From the NCBI RefSeq assembly GCF_009914755.1, contig NC_060934.1: DNA of 64,000 nucleotides; one strand, 5' to 3'. Shown here one piece after another: positions 55,481 to 64,000 of the stretch. The DNA is from the human T2T-CHM13v2.0 reference genome, Homo sapiens. The translations under genes were made by a program, and so were the position numbers. The notes below the pieces were generated by a model. That model did no database searches, was not told the DNA's origin, and saw only the letters and a list, made by a program, of their open reading frames with translations. Numbering within the stretch: position 1 is the first letter of the stretch; each line of letters begins with the position of its first letter.

Positions 55481-56671
55481 GTGACATGAAAAGTAGCCCA
55501 ACAAACATGTCATGAATCCCACAGGACCTTGCCTTAGATTCAAACCTGGCCTACGTCAAGGCTAACAATTATAGAAAACTGATGCTGTGAGGGAAAAAAA
55601 AAAAATTCATCTAAAACTCATTCTTCATCTATAAGCATAACTCGTAGCAAGAGATGAATTCTCACTAAAGGATATAGAGCAGAATAAAGTTAAATTGACC
55701 CCAAAACTGGCTACAGCTTTTTGCCATTGATTTCCATAGAGAGTGGTTCTTTTAACTTCTGGCGGTTTTCACTTTTATTTTTTTTCTTCTACGGTTTTCA
55801 GAAAATAGTGTCTCCTTGAAATATTAGCAGAAAAACTCCCAGTTTTCTCTTTCCCAGGACACATTTATTTTTCAACCTGTCTAGATATAAAATACTTAAG
55901 TTTTTTTTGCCCAAATCCTTTCTACTTTTGAAAAACATGTATTTTCCATCTCTTCTACTCCCATATTACTAGACAAAAATGACACACTTGGACAAATGCA
56001 AAAACAACAGTGGGCAATGGGTTTTTCAAAATGAGATCACCAGCGAATTCTCTGTATTTATTATGCAATTTGCCCACTTTGCATTTGATTTGGCTGTTTT
56101 ATGTTTTCTTCTAATCAAAGTTCTCAGTAAAACATGAGGCAAAGGTGTTTGTTTTATAAGCATGCTTTTTATATAATTCAAGTATTCTTAGGGATTCTAG
56201 AAAATAGGCTTGAAGATTGGGTTAGGGGTCCAGTAGAGAACAAGCATAAATATACCCTAAAATGACAATGTTCCCTAAAACAAATAACACACAGGGATGA
56301 CAGTTCGCTCAAATGTGCTACAGAGGGTAATCATTGTGATCTGGAACAGTCAGATGCATTTTAGAGAAGAGTCTTGAGATAGCCTTCAGAGGACAGGTAG
56401 GATTTTTGTAGGCCCAGAGGAGCTGAGCCATCTGGCTGGGAGAACAGCATGAGCTAATACCCAAGGAGATTAATAATCTATAACAAATGAACATAATTGT
56501 TTTCAGGCAAAATCAAGGGTTATGATGATGTGATGACTAAAAGGCTTGACTCAGTCCATTGGAAATATGAGACTAAAGGGCAGGGGAAATTTAGGAGTAT
56601 GAGTATAGCTATCTCCGTGCACAGTATCAAGAGATGAAGCTGTAGCAGTGAATTATCTCACTTGTAGTCAA

Positions 56672-57045
56672 CAAGGCAGATTCAGGTTTTGTGAAGTTTG
56701 AAGCCTATTCAAATTTGGAATGTCCTATTTATGGAAAAGTATACAAAATTGCAAATGCAAACTTGCTAGAGCTCATCACAAGCCTTGGAAGATGCCAATT
56801 AAATGAGAGACCCTGAATCCTAAGCTTTGTTAGTTTTTGAAATGTCTGCTTCCAACTATAGCAGTGCTGACCAGTAGAAATATAATGTGAACCACGTATG
56901 TAACTTAAAATTTTCCATCATGAACATCAAAGAAGCAAAAATAAGCAGTATTTCGACCCCACTCTAGACCTACTGAATCAGAATATACATTTTTAATAAG
57001 GTCCCCAGATTATTCATATGCATATTAAAGTTTGAGATACGCTTT
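56672..57045. mobile_element. Adjacent hAT fragments: MER91-like, then MER3-like, then MER5A
   Basis: ggcagattcaggttttgtg...ccctgaatcctaagctttgttagt; cagtgctgaccagtagaaatataatgtgaaccac; agacctactgaatcagaa...catttttaataaggtcccca...aaagtttgaga. Confidence 0.65.
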
Positions 57046-58379
57046 TGAGATATGTCGCTCTATAGAATGAAGAATAGAGTGTCTGAAAATAGTTGCTGAA
57101 AAAAAGAGACAAAGAAATTCTCAAAGAAGGCCTAGGGAAGGGAATTAAAAAAAAAAAAAAAAAGTAACAGAGATGGTTTCTGGGATCAAGAAGACACAGT
57201 GACAAATGACACAGGAAGGCTGAACAAGAGGGTTAGAATTGAGAATAATCATTATCAGAATCATGCTGAATGCTAGCTATAATTATAAGACCATCACCAC
57301 CGGCAGCACCGCCACCTTCATCATCATCATCATCATCTTTTTTAGCCCATTGGTAAACTTTGAGCAGTTTCAAGGGAGAGAGCAGTAAAAAATAATGTGA
57401 ATGTGAAAGGATTGAGAAGGAAATGATGGGCCATAAAGTGTGTTTAGATTGCTTTTGGGCAGAAAAAAAAAAAGACATTTCAATGTAAAGGTATCACGGT
57501 ATATTAAGGAAATAGGACAGCATCCTAGCAGTATTTTCAAGTATTTTTCAACCTAATTACGAAAAGCTTATAGTGACTCTTTCTCATTCCTTCTCATACT
57601 CATTTCCCTACCTCAGTAACCCAGTTCAAATAATAACTCTGATTATTCACAGTAACTTCAGAATACATTTGGAATAGTTCTGAAATTTATTATTGAAAAA
57701 GTTTTCACGTGGATTCAGAGCTGAAAATGAAAAATGATCCTTCTGAAGCTGCTTAATTGAACACCTTTATGCCTGTGGCCCTGCTTGGTGATGCATGTTA
57801 TGGCTGCCAGTGGGTAAAAAGGGTTGCATGCAGTTATTGAAATGCTTTGTGACTTCCGTGATTGCAAAGCTTAATTTAATCATAACAACATATCTCATTA
57901 CTGTTGCAAATGTTTTATTCACTTTTGCTGTTAATATAGTCCTCTATTTTTATTTGGATTCAAGGAAATATAAATGTTTTAAATTGGAACATAAATCACA
58001 TATTAGAATCCAAATGAGCCCATTTCATTCTGTGAGCAGAGATTTTATTGTTGTTGTTAGAATGGATTTTCCAAAAAGTGCTTGGTTGATTTAGCAAACT
58101 GAGTGAGTCCATATATAAAGAAAAGCCTAGATATAGGAGACTAGGTATTCAACTTTGTATTTCCATTATCAAGATGCTATCTGGAACATAATTGGCACTC
58201 AATAAATACCACAAGGATGGATAGCAAGATGAATGAATGGATGACAATACAACAGTTATTTCCCCTACTTACAGTTGATCCAAAAACCATTGCTTCCAGT
58301 GTGTTTGGTTATTTTCATGAAATTAACCAGTTATTTTAATGAAATTCCTATTTTACCCCTTTTTAATACATTGGAGTTA

Positions 58380-59248
58380 AGAACTTAAACAAATTTACAA
58401 GAAAAAACAACCCCATCAAAAAGTGGGCAAAGGATATGAACAGACACTTCTCAAAAGAAGACATTTATGCAGCCAAAAGACACATGAAAAAATGCTCATC
58501 ATCACTGGTCATCAGAGAGATGCAAATCAAAACCACAATGAGATACCATCTCACACCAGTTAGAATGGCAATCATTAAAAAGTCAGGAAACAACAGGTGC
58601 TGGAAAGGATGTGGAGAAATAGGAACGCTTTTTCACTGTTGGTGGGAGTCTAAACTAGTTCAACCATTGTGGAAGGCAGTGTGGCAATTCCTCAAGGATC
58701 TAGAACTAGAAATACCATTTGACTCAGTGATCCCATTACTGGGTATATACCCAAAGGATTATAAATCATGCTGCTATAAAGACACATGCACACATATGTT
58801 TATTGCAGCACTATTCACAATAGCAGAGACTTGGAACCAACCCAAATGTCCATCAATGACAGACTGGATTAAGAAAATGTGGCACATATACACCATGGAA
58901 TACTATGCAGTCATAAAAGGATGAGTTCACATCCTTTGTAGGGACATGGATGAAGCTGGAAACCATCATTCTGAGCAAACTATTGCAATGACAGAAAGCC
59001 AGACACCACATTTTCTCACTCATAGGTGGGAATTGAACAATGAGAACACTTGGATACAGAGCAGGGAACATCACACACTGGGGCCTGTCATAGGGTGGGG
59101 GAATAGGGGAGGGATAGCATTAGGAGAGATACCTAATGTAAATGACGAGTTAATGGGTGCAGCAGAACAACATGGCACATGTATACATATGTAACAAACC
59201 TGCACGTTGTTAACATGTACCCTAGAACCTAAAGTATACTTTTAAAAA
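58380..59248 (+). mobile_element. L1PA6/7-type 3' end (ORF2 C-terminus plus 3' UTR)
   Basis: ORF 58436..58924 [24 protein letters not shown]...[16 protein letters not shown]. 3' UTR gggatagcattaggaga...gtaccctagaac. Degenerate TSD attg(g/a)agtt. Confidence 0.96.
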
Positions 59249-59529
59249 ATTGAAGTTGATTATTTAATACTAGTTGATCTAATCAGGCATTTAATTGTGT
59301 GGATAAGGGCATAAAAAGACAGAAACTGGTCATTATGAATTATGTAGAAATTATCTTCTGTATTTTTAGAGTATCTTTTTCTTGAGGATAAAAGATAAAA
59401 GTAATCCTTCAAACCATTTATACTATATTTCTTTTGTCCTTTTTGAGCAATAAACACACACACAAAATTATGTGCTATGTAGTCTGACAAAACATATGGT
59501 ATAAGACTTAGAATTGTGGTTCAAGACTC

Positions 59530-60320
59530 TAGTCATTAAACATATGTAGAATTTGTACTATGTGTCAGTTACTGTACTAGTCCTTGGGGAAATTTAGCTG
59601 AAAAAGACTGTTTCCCAACTCACTTTCTTTTTGGGAAAGTTTGTATACATAAAACCATTATATGATCAATTATAAAAAGTACAACCATAGACTAAGGAGA
59701 AAAGTATAAAAGGAGCAAATGGAGAAGGCCATGAATTCTTACTGAAGGATTAAGAAAAACTTCAGTGATGGGAATATTTTAACTGAGCCTTAAAAGATTG
59801 AAGACTGAAAATGGGGAAAGAGAATCACAAAGGGTAGCAAGTTCAAAGGTATAGACTCAGGATTTTTATGGAGTTAGTGAATAGTGTACTGGGGCAGTAA
59901 GTGTGGAGTGTATTGGGTGGAATGTTAGGAGTAGCACTAGAATGTTGGATCTAGTTTGTGAAAGACTTAGTAGGCTCTACTAGCGAGTTCGGCTTTTAAC
60001 CTATGGAACTCAGGCAACTACCAAATGTTTCGGAGCAAAGGAGTGGTATGATTAGAATTAGGTTTTAAATAATGAATTTTAGCAGGTAAAATTTACAGTA
60101 GAAACTGTAACGGTGTCCAGTGATGAAAACAGAACCAGAAAACCGCAATGAGAAAGGGAAAGAGAAGATAAATATAAAAGAGATTATGGGGCCAGATTGG
60201 GCAACACTGGCCAGATTTTGATATGAAAAGTGAAGATGTAGAAAGAGTCAAAAACAAGGCAGATGTTTTTAGCTTGAGCAACGATGTGGATGCCATGGCT
60301 GTGTGAGAAACTCTAAAAGA
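59530..60320 (-). mobile_element. L2 LINE fragment
   Basis: tactatgtgtcag...aactgagccttaaaagat...gagcaaaggagtggtatgattaga...gagtcaaaaacaaggcagatgtttttagcttgagcaac...tgccat. Confidence 0.7.
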
Positions 60321-60436
60321 ACTCACCAAGGCCAGTTTCCTGTTCTATACAGTTTCACATATGATTTTCATCTTATAGCTTATTCCTTCTATTCAATTTC
60401 ACATCAACCTTAAAGCTGTTTAGAAAACAATTTTCT

Positions 60437-60737
60437 GGCTGGATGTGGTGACTCATGACTATAATCCCAGCACTTTGCAGATTCAAAGTAGGAGTCTTGC
60501 TTCAGGTCAGTAGTTTAAGAGCCGCTTGGACAACATAGCAAGACCCCATCTCTACAAAAAAAGAAAAAAAAAACTAAAAAATTAGCTGAGTGTTGTGGCA
60601 CATGCCTGTAGTCCTAGCTACTCTGGAGGCTGAGGTGACAGGATCACTTGAGCGCAGAAGTTTGAGGTTGCAGTGAGCTATGATCAAGCCACTGGGAAAC
60701 AGTGAGACCCTGTCTCAAAAAAAAAAAAAAAAAAAAA
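60437..60737 (+). mobile_element. Alu (AluJ)
   Basis: caacatagcaagaccccatctctacaaa, ggatcacttgagc and gtgagctatgatc, plus poly-A. Small deletion near the 3' end. Confidence 0.94.
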
Positions 60738-61519
60738 CACACCTGACTTTTTGATATTGTCTCTCTCTTCTTAGATATAGCAATGGAATAAACTGCAGAA
60801 ACTTAGAGAGAATTATTAGATCTCTAATTAGGAATCATTTTTTCTACTTTTCAAGGAAACATTGAAAATATTTCCAGGGATGAAAATTAAATTTTTAATT
60901 TGTAAATTTTAATAATGGTTTCAAAATTTAACATTTATGATTCTTTGAATAAAATAAACAAAAGATAGAAACTGAATTTTATTAATTTCTACTTTAAAAA
61001 TTATTTTGTTGAGTTTTGTTTTTCTTTAGTTTTATCTCCCTAAAATTTTGTAAATTGAAATAGAGATAAGTGTTATTATTAATATTTTTGAGATAAGCTA
61101 CCCAGTGGGTTCATTTTGCTGGAATACAATTTATATTTTCTTGAGTGAAGAAATTTATCTTTAAGTGAATTATGAAATTAAACCAGAATAATTTCAGGAC
61201 CACTAAGAAGTTCATTTTATTCAATTTGACAAACATAATTTGACAGAATATCATCAGTATTGTGGCAAAACCTAAAATAATACAACTCTTAAGAAGAATA
61301 ATCATTTTTCTTTCTGTTGTTTGGCCCATCAATTCATGAATTAATTTTCATAGCCAAATTTCCAAAACAAAAATACATTTCTTCAGAAAAAGTAATAAGG
61401 ATCTGTGTTCTTCCACAGGAATCTCTTTTCTTATGACACTGTCCTAACATGGACAGCTTATCACTTACTACCCACTTGAAATACTCAAGAACATAAGTCT
61501 CTTAGAAATAAATGCACTC

Positions 61520-61870
61520 TCATTTTGCATCTAGTCTATTGTCAAACACTGGGCTTAAAGCATTTTCATGGCTGTTCTGTTGAGTTGCTAGTCCAACCCT
61601 GTGAGTTTTGTATAATCATTACCATCTTAGCAGTCCAGATACTGAGGGCGAATAAGATACCCTCTTTGAAAATGGTTCTGGTACAGAAAGATCTCAAAAC
61701 TCCATCTTTGTTAAGAAAAATAAGATGAGCATTGGAACCAAACCAATCTGATCTAAATCCTGACTCTACAATTACTTAAAACTTCCTGAACATCAATGTT
61801 CTCATTTTTTTAAATGAAGAAGATAGTACCTAATTCAAAATATAATTAGGAGGGTAAAATAAAATAGTAT
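61520..61870. mobile_element. Two MIR fragments in opposite orientation
   Basis: caaccctgtgag...atactgaggg (reverse) and aaatcctgactctac...gttctcatttttt...gatagtacctaattc (forward). Confidence 0.55.
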
Positions 61871-62929
61871 CTTCTTTTGAGAGGATGTCAGTGGACATTT
61901 AATCAGCAACGGCTTGGGGATAGCTTCATTATTGTTATAAGAGTATGTCAACAGTGCCATCTGACCTGTGGACTTTTAAAAGCTGCTCATGGTTGGGAAC
62001 AGCAAATTATTGTGCTCCAGATCTCATCAGCCACTTTATTCACAAACGTTCTGCTATTCAAGTCTGTTGTCACTTCTGAGTACAAATCTCTTACTTTTCA
62101 TTATTAACTGAAAAAAAGAATCTCACAAAACTCACATTGTAACAACTTGAATCGTTATCTGGGCATAAATAATTTGTATCATGTAATGATTAGATGAGTT
62201 AAGCAAATAAAAATCTAAATTGCAGAGAAAAATTCTAAAGCAAACATTATAAAGAAACAAAAGTTGATTTTGACAGATAAAAATTAAAATAAGAGGGTAC
62301 CTAATTTGCGGTATGAAATGATTTCATTATGTGTCACTAAAATAATTTTACATTGCCTTGCTCAATATAATTAATACTGAAAATTTCAAAAATCCGTCTT
62401 AGTTATGTTGCCATTGTACTGATTATATATGGCCATATTATTTTGCCTAGTTATCTGAATCTTGATTTTAAGACCGTATGATCAGTAAACTATTATCCAC
62501 CCATAGTCAACATTTTATTTAAGACAAATGTATTGTGTCAATCCCTTTTCTCTTTTGTAAGCCAAGATTCTATTTTGTACATAATTGTACATTTTAAGAC
62601 AACATGTTTATGGTCAGGATATGAAGGAAAAAGAGATTAACAACTGAATTTTGTGGTTTTTGAAATGTTGTTTCAACAGTTTTTATTTTTATTTTTTTTT
62701 TGTCTTTCTACTCATCCCTCCTTCTATTTCTTGATCTCCTTCTTCCTTCATTTTTTAAAATGTATGCTGCTCTGTAAAAGAAATTATACTAATCTCAAGT
62801 CTGAGGAGAATATTAAGATATAAGAGATATTGTCATCGACCTCAACGGATTTTTATTTTGGTAGAAGAGAAAAAAAATTATAGGTTGATTGCTAAATAGA
62901 GGTAGAGAGAGCTAGAGGTATTTATGAAT

Positions 62930-62968
62930 ATGTGTGTGTGTGTGTGTGTTTGTGTGTTTGTGTGTGTG
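62930..62968. repeat. (TG)n microsatellite, interrupted
   Basis: Read directly. Confidence 0.9.
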
Positions 62969-63748
62969 AAACAACACAAGGGAAAGCAATGTCCTGGGAA
63001 ACTGTGATTTTAGCAACACATTTATTATTAAAAAAGAAATGTAAATGAGCTTTAAATGATCAATAGCCTTAGAGAAATTAATGGAAATCAAGGTGTTGAC
63101 AAATGAAACCTTATGTTTGTATGTACCATATAACAGGAAGATTTCATTCTACATGGAAGAAATGTGGTGACATCCGTATTATGTGTCCTGTGACTCCAGC
63201 CCTAGCTCCCCTTTATTCTGACAAGCATTGCTAGGGCACAATCTCTGCTGCTAAAATGTAGATGTCAATAGAAATCAAGTATATCTTTGGCTGCTTCTCC
63301 AACCACAAGCCCGACACTAAGTTGGCCCCTTGATGGTTTTTGACACATGAAAGAATATAAGCAAACTTACATAAGGAGCAGATGACACTGGCTGGGAATT
63401 AAATTGGAATGATTCCTTTGTAAGATTCTCTAGTGGTTTGAGAACTAAAAGTGAGTGAATCCTTGTGACACAAGTTTGATGTAAACAAGTGGCCTTTTCC
63501 TTATTCCATTATGCTTAATTTACTCCATAGCATCTTTTGGGACAGACCACCTTCTATTCCCCTCAAAGAAGTACAGCAGTATAATAATATACCATAAATG
63601 CTACTTACCCTTGAAGTGAAATATCTGCTAGTTCTGAGCTTTGCCAGAACAATACTTCATATCATAAATCCACCCACATGGTAGATGCAGCTGTTGCTTA
63701 ATTATTTCATCAGGCACAAGGTTCATGGTTCCTTGGCTAAATCTTTAA

Positions 63749-64000
<252 letters not shown>

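Noticed and set aside
57290-57340. (CAC/CAT)n run giving a poly-Asp/Gly ORF
   Set aside because: Low-complexity trinucleotide repeat.
58436-58924. 162-aa ORF
   Set aside because: C-terminal fragment of L1 ORF2 in a 5'-truncated element, not a gene.

Overview
Human genomic DNA: an AluYb8 with its diagnostic 7-bp duplication at 25711-26032 is human-specific. The window is AT-rich and is either intergenic or deep intronic. I find no recognisable protein-coding gene, tRNA, rRNA or CpG island, and the supplied ORFs are Alu-, L1-, LTR-, transposase- or microsatellite-derived or chance ORFs. A large fraction is transposable-element sequence: 13 Alus, several L1 3' ends with TSDs, ERV1 solo LTRs (LTR1-like, LTR26, MER51), MIR/L2 relics and many DNA-transposon fossils. 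The most notable structures are: (1) a ~9.6 kb nested stack, in which a Tigger3b holds LTR26, a tiny L1PA2/3 and a near-full-length L1MA that itself holds two L1PAs and a perfect 32-bp VNTR, and whose 5' junction carries a direct copy + palindrome + inverted copy scar; (2) a full-length ~2.7 kb Charlie3 hAT transposon with both ends, an 8-bp TSD and a decayed transposase; (3) two MADE1 hairpins 1.8 kb apart, one with a symmetric arm substitution and an intact SETMAR-type core; (4) a ~40-bp templated insertion copied from a MIR 2.3 kb away; (5) several candidate exons, mostly non-coding. I did not find convincing evidence of a new biological system. Subfamily names come from my recall of consensus sequences and need RepeatMasker/Dfam confirmation.
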